A DNA stretch of 64,000 nt. Origin: an uncultured Planctomycetaceae bacterium. Lineage in GTDB: Bacteria; Planctomycetota; Planctomycetia; Isosphaerales; Isosphaeraceae. Location: contig CAWIAD010000002.1 of NCBI GenBank assembly GCA_963833985.1, positions 1,760,001-1,824,000 of the forward strand, in the 5' to 3' direction. Below, in pieces: positions 49,137-60,183 of the stretch. The translations under genes and the position numbers were made by a program. The notes below the pieces were generated by a model. It saw only the letters and a list, made by a program, of their open reading frames with translations, was not told the origin of the DNA and ran no database searches. How positions within the stretch are numbered: the first letter of the stretch is position 1; every line of letters starts with the position of its first letter.

Positions 49137-50345
49137 TCAGCTCAGGTTCGACCGCGCGGCTTCACGCCGGACCATCCACAGCAAGGGCAGGGCAGCGAGC
49201 TGCACGACCACGGAAAAGCCGACCAGGGCCGTCAGGGACCGGTCATAGAGCATGCCCATCGCTGCGCTGCCCGCGAACCATGCCAGGCCGAACGCGGTGC
49301 TGAACACTCCAAAGGCAGACCCGCGCCGCGCGGCAGGGACCATACGCGCGACCGCCGCGCGAAGGATGGACTCCTGGGCACCCAGGCCGATGCCCCAGAG
49401 GATCATGCCCAGCAGCGCGGACGGCCATCCCCCAAGGAACACCAGAGGTGCGAAGAACGCCGAGCCCAGCACGGCGCAGCCAAGGACTGTGAGGCCGAAG
49501 CGGTCGAAGAGGCGGCCCAGTGCCAGCGCCGCGAGGGCGTCCACGGCCATGGCCAGGGAATAGACCGCGGGGATCCAGCCGGCGGGAACGAGCGCCGCCT
49601 TGCTGAAGTGATAGGCGATGAGCGGGAAGTCGGCATAACCGGCGGCAACGAGTGCGGAAGCGGCCATGTAAATCCAGTAAACGCGGGGAAACGCTTGAGG
49701 GCCGGGTGCGGGGCCCACGGGCTCGAGGTCGCGGGGGCGCGGATGGAGCCGCCTGGCCACAAGGAGGATCGCCACCGTGGCCAGGGCCGGAACGAGCAAC
49801 ACCGCGAAGGCCTGGTTATAGCTATGCCCGGAGGCCAGAACCGCCACGATGATGAGCGGGCCGACGACGGCCCCGACCTGGTCGAGTGCCTCGTGCAGGC
49901 CGAAACCCTTACCGTGGCCGACCTGGTGAGTGGCGTGAGACAGCATGGCGTCGCGGGCCGGTGCGCGGACGGCCTTGCCGGTCCGTTCCAGAAGCATCAG
50001 CACCACGGCAATTTCCCAGCGGCCCGCGAGCGCCAGCAGGGGCACCGCGAAGAGGTTCACCGCGTATCCGGCCAGGGTGATCAGCCAGTGCCGGCCCGTG
50101 CGGTCCGCGACGTACCCGGAAACCAGCCGCAGGCCATGACCAAGCAGCTCGCCGAGCCCCGCGGCCACGCCCACCACCGTCCCGCTCGCTCCCAGTGTGG
50201 CCAGGAACGGACCGGTGATGCTTCGGGCCCCCTCGTACGTCATGTCCGCGAACAGGCTTACGAGGCCCAGCAGAACAATGAAACGAAAGGCGGTCGCCTG
50301 ACGAAGGCCCTCGCCCGCCGAGGTGGGTTCAGCACGTGGAAGCAT
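49137..50345 (-). CDS. MFS transporter
   Basis: LVSLFADMTYEG, SGYVADRTGR, ERTGKAVRAPARD, GRLFDRFG; about 12 TM helices. Confidence 0.92.
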   Translation of the reverse strand: MLPRAEPTSAGEGLRQATAFRFIVLLGLVSLFADMTYEGARSITGPFLATLGASGTVVGVAAGLGELLGHGLRLVSGYVADRTGRHWLITLAGYAVNLFAVPLLALAGRWEIAVVLMLLERTGKAVRAPARDAMLSHATHQVGHGKGFGLHEALDQVGAVVGPLIIVAVLASGHSYNQAFAVLLVPALATVAILLVARRLHPRPRDLEPVGPAPGPQAFPRVYWIYMAASALVAAGYADFPLIAYHFSKAALVPAGWIPAVYSLAMAVDALAALALGRLFDRFGLTVLGCAVLGSAFFAPLVFLGGWPSALLGMILWGIGLGAQESILRAAVARMVPAARRGSAFGVFSTAFGLAWFAGSAAMGMLYDRSLTALVGFSVVVQLAALPLLWMVRREAARSNLS

Positions 50346-50674
50346 CAGGGATCACTCGAACGGCCGGCGGCCGTGGGGTCGGCCGAAGTCAGCGTGTCTC
50401 TTCTCCTCCAGATCATCCGCAAAGCGGACCAGGAATGCCACTGCGGGTCATGGTGCTGGAAGCACCGGAGTGGTCTCCGAGGCATCGTTGCCATGGCATG
50501 CCATGCGCCGGCGCCGCTGCCGGCAGGCGCGTATCGACACAGGGGAAGGGGGTTGCTCCAGGCCTGGAAGACTCTTCTACTGTCATTTGAGGAACATGAC
50601 CGTTGTGCGCGCGCTGCGCTGCGTCCGCGTCCGCGTCTCGTCGCCACGACACCGCCTCACAGCCAGAGAGGACC

Positions 50675-51981
50675 ATGCCGATGAAAGCCAGCAGCAATAT
50701 CACCCGCCGGCAGTGCTTGTACAGCGCGGCCGCAAGCGCCATCGGGGTGCCGATGATCATCCCCGGCCGCGCTCTGGGCAAGAACGGCGCGACCGCACCC
50801 AGCGAGCGGATCACGGTGGGGTTCATCGGCTGCGGCAAGATGGCCAACGATTATCACTTGCCCGAGCTGCTCAAGTTTGGCGATGTCCAGGCGCTGGCGG
50901 TCTGCGAGGTCGACCGTTCACGCCGGGAGCACGTGCGCCGGCGGGTCGAGAAGGCCTACGAAGGGAAGACACCTACTCATGCCTGCGATGCGTATACCGA
51001 CTTCCGCGAGCTTGTGGGCCGGCGCGACATCGATGCGGTGTGCATCGCCACGCCCGAGCACTGGCATGTCATTCCGGCCATCGAGGCCATGAAGGCCGGC
51101 AAGGATGTTTACTGCGAGAAGCCGCTGACCTTGACTCTCGCGGAAGGCAAGCGCGTCATCGACGTTGCCCGCAAGTACGACCGCGTTTTCCAGACCGGCA
51201 GCCAGCAAAGGTCGAACGTGTTCGGCCACTTCCGCGAGGCGGCGGAGTTCATCCGCAGTGGCCGGCTGGGCCAGATCCAGACGGTCACCGTGGGCGTGGG
51301 CGGTCCCAGCCGCTGGTGTGACCTGCCCGGGGAGCCGATGGAGCCCGGTCTGGAGTGGGACCTGTGGCTTGGCCCTGCCCCCAAGCGGCCCTATAACCAC
51401 ATCCTCAGCCCGCGTGGCGTGCACAAGCACTTCCCCGCGTGGCGTGATTATCGCGAATACGCCGGGGGCGGCCACGCGGACATGGGCGCCCACCATTACG
51501 ACATCGCCCAGTGGTGCCTGGACATGGACCACTCCGGACCCGTTGAGATCTTGCCCCCCATGTCCCGCAACGCCCACCACGGCGTGACCTACCGCTACGC
51601 CAACGGTGTGGTGATGGTCCACGGCGGGCCGAGCGGCTGTACCTTCACCGGGAGCAACGGCACGCTCCGCATCGACCGCGATCATCTCACCAGCGACCCG
51701 GCCAGCATCGTCAAGGAACCGCTCGGCGCGAAGGAGGTCCATCTCGAAAAATCACCGGGCCATCATCGCAACTGGATTGATTGCATCCGCTCGCGCAAGC
51801 GCCCCTGGCCGATGTCGAGATCGGCGCACGGTCGGTGGCCATCACCATCCTGGGAAATCTCGCCTACTGGAACGGAGCGGCACTGCACTGGGATCCCGTG
51901 AAGTGGGAGTTCGTCGACCCCGCACAGAATCGCTGGCTGGACCGTGAGCGCCGCGATCCCTGGCAGCTTCCCGCCCTCTGA
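50675..51981 (+). CDS. Tat-exported Gfo/Idh/MocA oxidoreductase; frameshift near 51805
   Basis: TRRQCL Tat motif, GFIGCG, IATPEHWH, YCEKP, QTGSQQRS, DMGAHHYD; C-terminus in ORF 51781..51981. Confidence 0.92.
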
Positions 51982-52179
51982 TTCTGATTCATTCATCAAG
52001 TTATTGATAAATGGATCATTGACTGCGACCAGCATTGCGGGCAGGACTGGCCCTGTGCATCATCAGAAACAAAATCATCGATAAGACGTATTCACCCTGT
52101 CACAAACATGGATGTTTTTCGTAGGCCGTGCGGATGCTCCTCTTTTCCCTGCACATTGAGTTCAATTTCCAGGAGTGAG

Positions 52180-52395
52180 ATGATGCCGGAGACTGTCGTT
52201 CACTTTCAGGTCCGTATGCCGCCAGACATCCACGAACGGTTGGCAAGCTGGGCAAAAGATCACAAGGCCTCGATCAATCAACTCGTTGTCGAAGTTCTCG
52301 GCAAAGCGGTGGAGCAACACCAGGAAAAGCTTCAGCCAACGGGCGCTCGTGACACCATTGGTGCCGGCGCGGCCGGGTCGCACCTGCACCGCTGA
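52180..52395 (+). CDS. Small ribbon-helix-helix (Arc/HicB-like) DNA-binding protein
   Basis: FQVRMPPDIHERLASWAKDHKASINQLVVEVL; AGGAG SD. Confidence 0.8.
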   Translation: MMPETVVHFQVRMPPDIHERLASWAKDHKASINQLVVEVLGKAVEQHQEKLQPTGARDTIGAGAAGSHLHR

Positions 52396-52470
52396 GCACG
52401 GAATCAGACATGATGCCCGTTTCCTAGGGTCAGGCGGGCGGGCCTAAATAGCTCCCCGTAAGAGGGAAAG

Positions 52471-52524
52471 TGTGGGACGGCCGCCCTCGGCCGTCCTGAG
52501 CCAGCCGAGGGCGGCTGGCCCACA
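52471..52524. repeat. REP doublet (GTGG-footed inverted pair)
   Basis: GTGGGACGGCCGCCCTCGGCCGTCC and its inverted copy CAGCCGAGGGCGGCTGGCCCAC. Confidence 0.75.
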
Positions 52525-52887
52525 TTAGAAGAGGCGAGGATTTATTTAGTCGCTTCCACGAACCGGGGTGCGTCCTCGTTGTTCGATACGTGGTCGGAGC
52601 CGGTTTTTCTTTTCACGACGCGGAACGCCTGTTGCTTGATCGATCAGGGGGCGCGAGCTAGCCGCTCGCGGCAGCGTCGTGGTTCGCCGGTTCGACTCCC
52701 GCGATGTGAGCCCCCGCGCCCACTGGTGAGATGCGCCTGGACCGGGTACAACGGAACTCTTGCGACTTTCGAGCCACCCGATCCATGGTCCTGGCGATGG
52801 TTGCATTTCTTCAGGGAGCCGAAGGTGTCGATCGACGTTCGCAGGCGCACCTCCGGCTTTTTCGGTCACCGGCAACTTCTGGTCCTG

Positions 52888-53817
52888 ATGACAGCCGTGC
52901 TGGCACTCATGCTGTCTGCCGGTATGAGAGGGCGGATATTCCCGCCCGGTGAGCTGAACGGTGGGCCGGGCGCGGTCCGAGAGGATGCGGGCGCCGCGGA
53001 TCGAGCTGGAAGGTCCGCGGTTGCTCTCGAGCCCGCGCAGCTTGTGCATCTGCCTCCGGGGAGCCTGCTGGAGAACGGCGATTCGCCCCCGGAAGGCTGG
53101 ACCCATCTGGCCATGAAGTCCGTTCCCGTGCTGACGACGGGCGACCTGGACACGGTTGCCCCCCAGTCATTCCACACGGCACGCCGGATCCGCCCGCTCA
53201 TCGTGGCCGAGGTGCGCCGGTCCCTGCTGGCCGCCGGACCGACATTTCATCTCGTACGCGTGGGGCTGGGCCTTTGCGCTCCCTCGACCGACGGCCTCGG
53301 CGATCGCGTGATTTCCCCCACCTCGCTGGAGGGGACACAGGGACCGTGGAACGCGAAGGAGCGCATCATCCTGGCGGCCATGGCATTCGAGGTCTCGCGC
53401 AGCACGATCACCGCGGCCACGCCCACCTTCGCCCTGGTCCGTTCGCCGAACACCTTCCTGGTCGACGGGTCCCACCGCAGCGCGGAAACGGCTTACGCAC
53501 TGCTGGTCGATCCTCTCGTCGGCTCGCTTCGGGTCCTCGTGTGGCGCGATGGTGCCCGTGCGGCAAACTCGGAAGTCGAGCAGACAGAGGCACGCTTGCT
53601 GGCCACTCCGGTCTTCGAGTGCCCGCTGGACGTGCATGCCAGCCGCGTGCTCGGAACGCCCATCGCGTGGTCGTTTGCCATCCGGCAATTACCGCCCGGC
53701 CGGGAACTGACGTTCCCGCGCGATCTCACGGCCGCGGTCAGGTCCGGGTCCCACGGCAGCACCGACGCCGCAACGCTCGAGCTGGAGATTCGCCGCTGTC
53801 TTGGCGGTCAGAATTGA
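52888..53817 (+). CDS. Exported hypothetical protein (start uncertain)
   Basis: Long ORF with a hydrophobic N-terminus and 'PPEGWTHLAMKS'. Confidence 0.6.
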   Translation: MTAVLALMLSAGMRGRIFPPGELNGGPGAVREDAGAADRAGRSAVALEPAQLVHLPPGSLLENGDSPPEGWTHLAMKSVPVLTTGDLDTVAPQSFHTARRIRPLIVAEVRRSLLAAGPTFHLVRVGLGLCAPSTDGLGDRVISPTSLEGTQGPWNAKERIILAAMAFEVSRSTITAATPTFALVRSPNTFLVDGSHRSAETAYALLVDPLVGSLRVLVWRDGARAANSEVEQTEARLLATPVFECPLDVHASRVLGTPIAWSFAIRQLPPGRELTFPRDLTAAVRSGSHGSTDAATLELEIRRCLGGQN

Positions 53818-53839
53818 GCGCAGCGCCGGCCGGCGCGGA

Positions 53840-54927
53840 TCAGAGGCTCTGCGCACGCCGGAGGGGCTCGTCCGCTCCGGAATGTGCGGCCGGCGCGTGA
53901 TGGTTGGCCGCCTCGAGCTCGAGCAAGGCGTCCAGGGCGCGATCACCAGGATCGTGTCGCCGGCGTCCAGCCTGGCGTCGCCAGCGGGATTGACATCGAC
54001 TCCGCCGGGTCCCTGGTGCATCACGATGTTCACCCGGTTGCCTGCCTGGATCTCTCTCACGGTGTGCCCCGCCAGCCTGCCGGTTGCCGCGATCGTCACG
54101 TCCGACAGGTGCACGTACTGACCGGCGAGCTGGAAGCCCTGGTAAATCTTCCGCCCCGTGGCGGCCGCGATGAAGGCCGGTGCGGCGACCTGCGCGGTGG
54201 AGATGGCGGGCATGGCGAAGGCGCCGGCGACCTTCGTGGCGAGCGTCTCATCAAAGAGCCGCAGCACGATCCGGGCCTGGCCGTTCAGGTCTCTGGCGGA
54301 GAGGGCGATGTCGAGGTTGGTCAGGTCGTCCCCGGTGGTCACGATCACGGCCCGGGCATCGGCGATGTTGGACTGCTCGAGCACGGCGGTCAGCCGGGCA
54401 TTGCCCTGGATCACGGGGATGCCGCTTTCAAAGAGTTCGCCCAGCAGCGGCGCCTCGCTGCACTTCTCGACGGCCACGATCGACTCGCGCAGCTCGAGCA
54501 GTTCCTTGATCACCAGGTAGCCCACGCGTCCCACGCCCACCACCACGAAGTGATTCCGACAGAGCGAGGCGAGCATGCGGTTCCACTCCGGTTGGTTCTG
54601 CTTGCGGCTGAACATCAGGAAAGCCAGCCGGATCACCGAGTCGGCGATCGCGCCCAGGCCGACCATCGGCAGCAGGAAGAAGAGCGGTTGAAGATACCAT
54701 TCGTCCGGAAAGCTGATCGAGGACTCGAGAAAGATCATGAGGAAGACCGCGTGGCAGGCGCGGCTGAATGAGAGCGGCTCATGGCCGTAGAAAAGCCAGA
54801 GAATCGTGCCGCCCCCCAGCACCAGCGTCGCGAATACCCCGAGCGCCCAGCGGAATTCCCAGAGGAGATATTGCACGAAGCGGAGGTACGTCTTGAGCTT
54901 CGTGGGAATGGGCAGGTGGGGAATCAT
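53840..54927 (-). CDS. Potassium channel-like protein with TrkA-N and TrkA-C (RCK) domains; frameshift near 53935
   Basis: TM segments, NHFVVVGVGRVG, DDLTNL, IVLRLFD, GRLAGHTV, LDAGDTILVI. Confidence 0.88.
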
Positions 54928-55133
54928 GGTCGGCTGCTCGATCGGGACCGGTGAGACTGACTCAGGATATCCGGCCCGATCACCTGGTTCCACCCGGTGG
55001 AGTACGTCGCCTGGTGAGCTGAGCTGAGCTCAGCCGGGCCGGGGCGGGCGGCTGCCGCGGTTTCACTTTCATTCCGGCGGCCTGCCCTTTAGGATAAGGG
55101 GCAGGGCCACCGAGGTGGCCAATCGCAGGAGGC

Positions 55134-55331
55134 ATGATCATGAGCGCAGCAGACATGAGGCCGCCGGCCGCCTCCGCGGAACAGGGTCGAGAGCAGGAGC
55201 AACCGCCGCTCGATCCACCCCGGCCTGCCTGCCCGGTCTGTGGAGCAGGGCTCACGGAGCGCCGGGGCAAGCTCATCTGCACGCGCTGCCACACCATCTG
55301 CGAGACCTGCTGCGAGGGTGGCCGCGGCTGA
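55134..55331 (+). CDS. Small zinc-ribbon protein
   Basis: CPVC-x10-CTRC-x3-CETCC; AGGAGG SD. Confidence 0.7.
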   Translation: MIMSAADMRPPAASAEQGREQEQPPLDPPRPACPVCGAGLTERRGKLICTRCHTICETCCEGGRG

Positions 55332-55359
55332 AGGATCCACACGAAGAAAGGACGCTTCG

Positions 55360-56396
55360 ATGACGTTCGGTTCCATGACGGCTCTGCTCTTGACCGTCAC
55401 CGCTCTGACCCAGTTGCCGGCATCGCCGGAGCCATGGTTCCCGGTCCCATCGGCCGGGGGAGACTACACCGCCGCCTTGCCGGCGCGGCCAAGCTCCAGC
55501 ACGCGGCAAGTGCCAACCGCGGGGGGCACGGTGGAACAGCAAATCCATTACTGCCGCCAGGGAGGAGCGCTCTACTCCGTGCAGAAGATCCGCCTTGGTA
55601 GTGCGGTGCCGGCGGGTCAGGTTCCGGCCTGGCTGGCGTCGCAGAGGAAGAGCTATTACCAGGCGGGAGCGACGCCAGGGGGCCAGCAGGTGATCGTGCG
55701 CGATGAGGTCGCCGGCGAGGACTTCCGCTATTCTGCGTCGGCGCCCGGTGGCAAGGGGACCGTGACCAGCCGGACGCAGCATTTCCTGCGCGGTCAGAAC
55801 TACTACGCGCTGACCGTCATGTCGCCGGCCGGCGCCGCATTGCCGGCCGACGCCGATCGTTTCTTTTCAGCGTTCCACTTCCTGCGGGCGCAGGCACGAA
55901 CGGGCGGCCCCGCCGGACCGGCAGGAGGAGTGCCGGCAGCCGGGGCGCCGGCCGCGCCCGGGTTGCAGGCCATGACCGCCGATCAAACCCCCGAGGACGC
56001 CCTCAAGTCGTTCGTGCTCGCCATGGCCACGCACGACGTCCGGATGCTGCGGTCCGTGACCCTGCCCGTGCCGGAGTTCGAGTGGCTGACTGCCGGCGCC
56101 CCGCGCCGGCCAGTGTGATCGGTGATCTGAAAGCGCAGCTCGCCCGGCAGAGATGGCGGAACCTGAAGGCTGGCGATCGGTTCGCGCTTCCGGACGGCAC
56201 GGTGAAGGTGGTCGAGGCCGGAGAGGTCGGCCCGGACCGGGCGCTGCTGCTTCCTGAAGGGGCAAGCCTGCCCACGCACTTGCAGCGGGTCGAAGGACAC
56301 TGGAAGGTTGATGCCAGCGGCATCATCGCCGGCCGCAAGGCCGCCGAGGAGGCGCGGAAGCGCGCCCCCTCAACCAGGCCCGCCCGGACCGGCTGA
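55360..56396 (+). CDS. Exported hypothetical protein; frameshift near 56100
   Basis: Signal-like N-terminus; 'ADADRFFSAFHF' domain; 'TPEDALKSFVLAM...LQRVEGHWKVDA' domain. Confidence 0.6.
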
Positions 56397-56423
56397 CCTG
56401 AGCACCCGAGAGGACGCATTCCC

Positions 56424-57683
56424 ATGGCCCTGGATCGCCTGGCCGAGGAGCTGACGAAACTCGACCCGGCAAGCCCCCGCTATGCCAGCCTGGCCGTCGA
56501 GCGGCTTCTGGCCAGGGCCAGGGAAGTCGGGGCCAGCGACCTGCACGTGCAGCCCGGCGCCGCTGGCCTGGAGGTGCGCTGGCGGGTCGACGGCGTGCTC
56601 CAGCCGGTCACCACCTTGCCGGCGCGGCTGGCCCCCAACATCGTGGCCCGGCTCAAGGTCCTTGCGGAGCTGCTCACCTACCGCACCGACATCCCGCAGG
56701 AAGGCCGCATCCGGGGCGTCCCGGGCGCCCTGGAGATGCGTCTCTCCACCTTTCCCACGCTGCACGGCGAGAAGGCGGTGGTGCGGCTGTTCGCGGGGTC
56801 GGACCGGTTCCTCCGCCTTGTGGACCTGGGCCTGCCCGACGAGGTGTTCGACACGCTCTCCGCGGCGCTCGATGAGACCTCGGGGGGCATCATCCTTTCC
56901 GGCCCGGCCGGCAGCGGCAAGACAACGTCGCTGTACGCTTGCCTGCGCGAGCTGGCCGCGCGGTCGCGCGGCGAGCGCAGCCTGGCCACGCTCGAGGACC
57001 CGATCGAGTCCGACGTTCCGGGCGTGGCCCAGTCGCAGGTGAACGCCGCGGCCGGGTTGACGCTGGAAGACGGCCTGCGCGCCCTGCTGCGGCAGGATCC
57101 CGAGGTCATCGCCATCGGCGAGATCCGCGACCGGAGCACCGCCGAGATCGCGCTTCAGGCCGCGCTCACCGGGCACCTGACGATGACCACGTTCCACGCC
57201 GGCAGCGCCTGCGAGGTGATCGGGCGCCTGCTGGACATGGGCCTCGAGCCCTATGCGATTCGCAGCGGTCTGCGCGTGGTGGTGGCCCAGCGCCTGGTGC
57301 GGCGTCTCTGCCCGGCCTGCGCCGCGGCGCCGGCGGCGCCCGCCGGGCTGCTCGGGCTACCCGTCACCAGGGCACTCGAGGCCCGCGGCTGTGAAGCCTG
57401 CGGCCGGACAGGCTACCAGGGCCGGCTCGTGCTGGCCGAGCTGCTGCTCCCCGCCGAGGAAGCCTTCGGCCGCGCCGTGCTGGCGCGGCGCGACGTGCAC
57501 ACCCTGGAGCACGTCGCCCTGCAAGGCGGCATGATCAGCCGCTGGGAGCGTGCCTGCCGGGCGGTGGAACAGGGGCTGACCTCGCCCCGCGAGATCCGCC
57601 GCGTGCTGGGCGTCTCCAATCCACCACGGTTCGACCAGGGCCACCGGGCAAGCGTCAGCGAAGCAGCTGCACGCCTTGATTGA
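56424..57683 (+). CDS. Type II secretion/type IV pilus assembly ATPase (GspE/PulE/PilB family), short N-terminus
   Basis: ASDLHVQP, RVDGVL, PQEGRI, GPAGSGKTT, LEDPIE, LRQDPEVIAIGEIRD, CPAC...CEAC, GYQGR. Confidence 0.95.
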   Translation: MALDRLAEELTKLDPASPRYASLAVERLLARAREVGASDLHVQPGAAGLEVRWRVDGVLQPVTTLPARLAPNIVARLKVLAELLTYRTDIPQEGRIRGVPGALEMRLSTFPTLHGEKAVVRLFAGSDRFLRLVDLGLPDEVFDTLSAALDETSGGIILSGPAGSGKTTSLYACLRELAARSRGERSLATLEDPIESDVPGVAQSQVNAAAGLTLEDGLRALLRQDPEVIAIGEIRDRSTAEIALQAALTGHLTMTTFHAGSACEVIGRLLDMGLEPYAIRSGLRVVVAQRLVRRLCPACAAAPAAPAGLLGLPVTRALEARGCEACGRTGYQGRLVLAELLLPAEEAFGRAVLARRDVHTLEHVALQGGMISRWERACRAVEQGLTSPREIRRVLGVSNPPRFDQGHRASVSEAAARLD

Positions 57684-57856
57684 AGCCGATTCCCCGGCCG
57701 CTCCGGCGATTGGTCCAGGGGCCGGCCGGCGGATCGTCAGTTTTTTTCGGTGCGGGCTTGACTGCCTCGGACAGATGTGGTGAGATGAGTCTGTCACAAT
57801 TGTCATAGGCGCGGGTCCGGGTTCGCAGCAGGGTTCGCGCCGGGAGTGAATGGGAG

Positions 57857-58942
57857 ATGGGAGACGCCGCGCAGGGGGAGGGTGGAGCGGGACGGATCTC
57901 GATGCACGAGCTGGCCGCTCTGAACGAGGAAATTGCCGCGCTGGTGCGGGCGGGAGTGCCGCTGGATCGGGGCTTGCTGGCCGCGGGAGCCGACCTGCCG
58001 GGCGGCCTGCGGCAGATTGCCACGGTGCTGGGCAAGCGGCTGAGCCAGGGGGAAAGCCTGGCCGAGGCGCTCGATGCCGAGAAACGCGCCATTCCGCCCC
58101 TGTATCGCGCCGTGGTCGAGGCCGGGGCGCGCTCGGGCCGCCTTGCCGTCGCGCTCGAGGGCCTGGCCCGGTTCGTGCGCAGCTATTCCGAGGCCCGCAC
58201 CGCCATTGGCGTGGCCCTCTGGTATCCGCTGCTGGTGCTGAGCCTGGCGTACGGCCTGTTCCTGGGGTTGCTGGTGGTGGTCATTCCCCGGTTCATCGGG
58301 GCCTTCGAGTCGCTGGGGCTGACGGTGGCCCCGCCCCTGCGCTGGCTGGAGACTCTCGGGGAGCAGGTGCCCTACTGGTGGCCGGCCTGGCCCGTGATCC
58401 TGGTGCTGCTGGCGCTGGCCTGGTGGCGATCGGGCATTGCGGCGACGTTCCAGAGCCGGTCCTGGTCGCTGGTGCGGATGTTCCCCTGGATGCGATCCAT
58501 GCTTGCCGATTACGAGTCCGCCAGCTTCGCCGAGCTGCTGGCTCTGCTGCTGGAGCACCACGTGGCCTACCCCAGGGCCGTGGAACTGGCGGCCGAGGCC
58601 ACCGGCAACCCGGCGATGATCAGCGGCGCCACGCGGCTCGCCGGCGCGCTCCAGCGCGGCGAGCCGGCCGAGCAGGCCGTGCGTGAGCTGCCCGAGCGCG
58701 CGTTCCGGCCCCTGCTGCGCTGGACCATGGCGGGGACCGCGAATCAAGGATCACTGGTGGCTTCCCTCCGGAACCTGGCGCCCATGTACCGCAAGCGGGG
58801 CACCTTCCAGGCTGAAAAACTCCAGGTTTTCTTGCCCACCCTGCTCATGCTCGTGCTCGGCGGATCGGCGACCCTGTTCTACGCGCTCACTCTGTTCGTG
58901 CCGCTGGCCAGCATGCTGCGCGGACTGTCCATGCCCACGTGA
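57857..58942 (+). CDS. Type II secretion system F-family protein, paralogue 1
   Basis: LVRAGVPL, GESLAEAL, AGARSGRL, ALWYP, VIPRF. Confidence 0.9.
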   Translation: MGDAAQGEGGAGRISMHELAALNEEIAALVRAGVPLDRGLLAAGADLPGGLRQIATVLGKRLSQGESLAEALDAEKRAIPPLYRAVVEAGARSGRLAVALEGLARFVRSYSEARTAIGVALWYPLLVLSLAYGLFLGLLVVVIPRFIGAFESLGLTVAPPLRWLETLGEQVPYWWPAWPVILVLLALAWWRSGIAATFQSRSWSLVRMFPWMRSMLADYESASFAELLALLLEHHVAYPRAVELAAEATGNPAMISGATRLAGALQRGEPAEQAVRELPERAFRPLLRWTMAGTANQGSLVASLRNLAPMYRKRGTFQAEKLQVFLPTLLMLVLGGSATLFYALTLFVPLASMLRGLSMPT

Positions 58943-59015
58943 TCGGGCCATGGACCGCGCGGATTCCCGTGGAGGCAAGAGCCAGGCTTCCGCGGCTTTT
59001 TGGGAAAGTGGAGCG

Positions 59016-60085
59016 ATGGCGGATTCTTCGGAACAACTTGAGGCCACGGGCACGCTCACGCCCGCGGAAGCCGGGCAACTGAGCGAGCAGATTGCCAGTC
59101 TGGCCAGCAGTGGACGGCCGCTCGGCCCGGGGCTGGCCGCCCTGGCCAGCGAGCTGCCCCGCGGGCGGCTGCGACAATCGCTCTTTCATCTCTCCCGCGC
59201 GCTCGAGCAGGGCAAGCCGCTGGACAAGGCCATGGAGGAGCAGAGTGAGCGCATCCCGCCCCACCTCCGCGGCCTGGTGCTGGGAGCGCTGCGGAGCAAC
59301 CGGCTTGGCGATGTCCTGGGCCGGTTCTCTGCCTACATGAGCATCGGCACCGAGCTGAAGCGCAAACTCTGGCTCAGCCTCGCCTACCCGATCATGTCGT
59401 GCCTCGTCGCGGTCACGCTCTTCGTGCTCGTGAACGTGATGCTGGTCAGACAGTTCGAGGTCATTTTCAAGGACTTTGGCGTTCAATTGCCCGCGATAAC
59501 AATCGGCATGCTCCTGATCTCGCACTGGCTCCAGTCAGGGTGGTCCGCCCTGCCGGCGGTGCTCGGACTGATCGTGGCCTTGTGGCTGCTCTCGCGGATC
59601 TTTCTCAGGGCGCCGGACCGCCGCAGCCTGGCCGCGCAGATTCCGGTGGTCGGGAAAGTGTGGAAGTATACCTCCTGGGCGGAATACTGCCATTTGCTGG
59701 CACTGCTGCTGGAGAGCCACCTGACCCTGCCCGAGGCCCTTCGGCTGGCCGGCGCGGGCGTGCAGAACAGCGATCTCGATCAGGCCAGCCAGATCATGGC
59801 AAACGAGGTTGAGCAGGGCGCCTCGCTGGCCCAGGCCATGGCCAGCCGGTACCAGCTCCCCTCGAGCCTGCGCGCTTGCTCGGCTGCGCCAGGAAGCAGC
59901 ACGCCACCGCCGAGATCCTGCACATGGCGGGCGACATGTACCAGGCCCGCGCCAGCACCCAGGCCACCTTCGCGGGAACGGTGATGATGGTGCTCTCGGT
60001 GATCATTGTGCTCTGGGGCGCGATCTCCATCGTCGGCGGCCTGATGCTGCCCCTGGTCAATCTGATCAGCCGGCTCTCCGGTTGA
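59016..60085 (+). CDS. Type II secretion system F-family protein, paralogue 2; frameshift near 59870 (start 58950 or 59016)
   Basis: SSGRPL, LEQGKPL, SLAYP, QFEVIFKDFGVQLP, LMLPLVNLISRLS. Confidence 0.85.
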
Positions 60086-60183
60086 GCGCTGGTTTCTGTG
60101 ACAGTCACTCGCCCTCTATCCTGTGGATCCGCCATGCGTCATCCGTCGTTTGATTTCCTGGTTCCTGCACCCGGGAGCATCCC

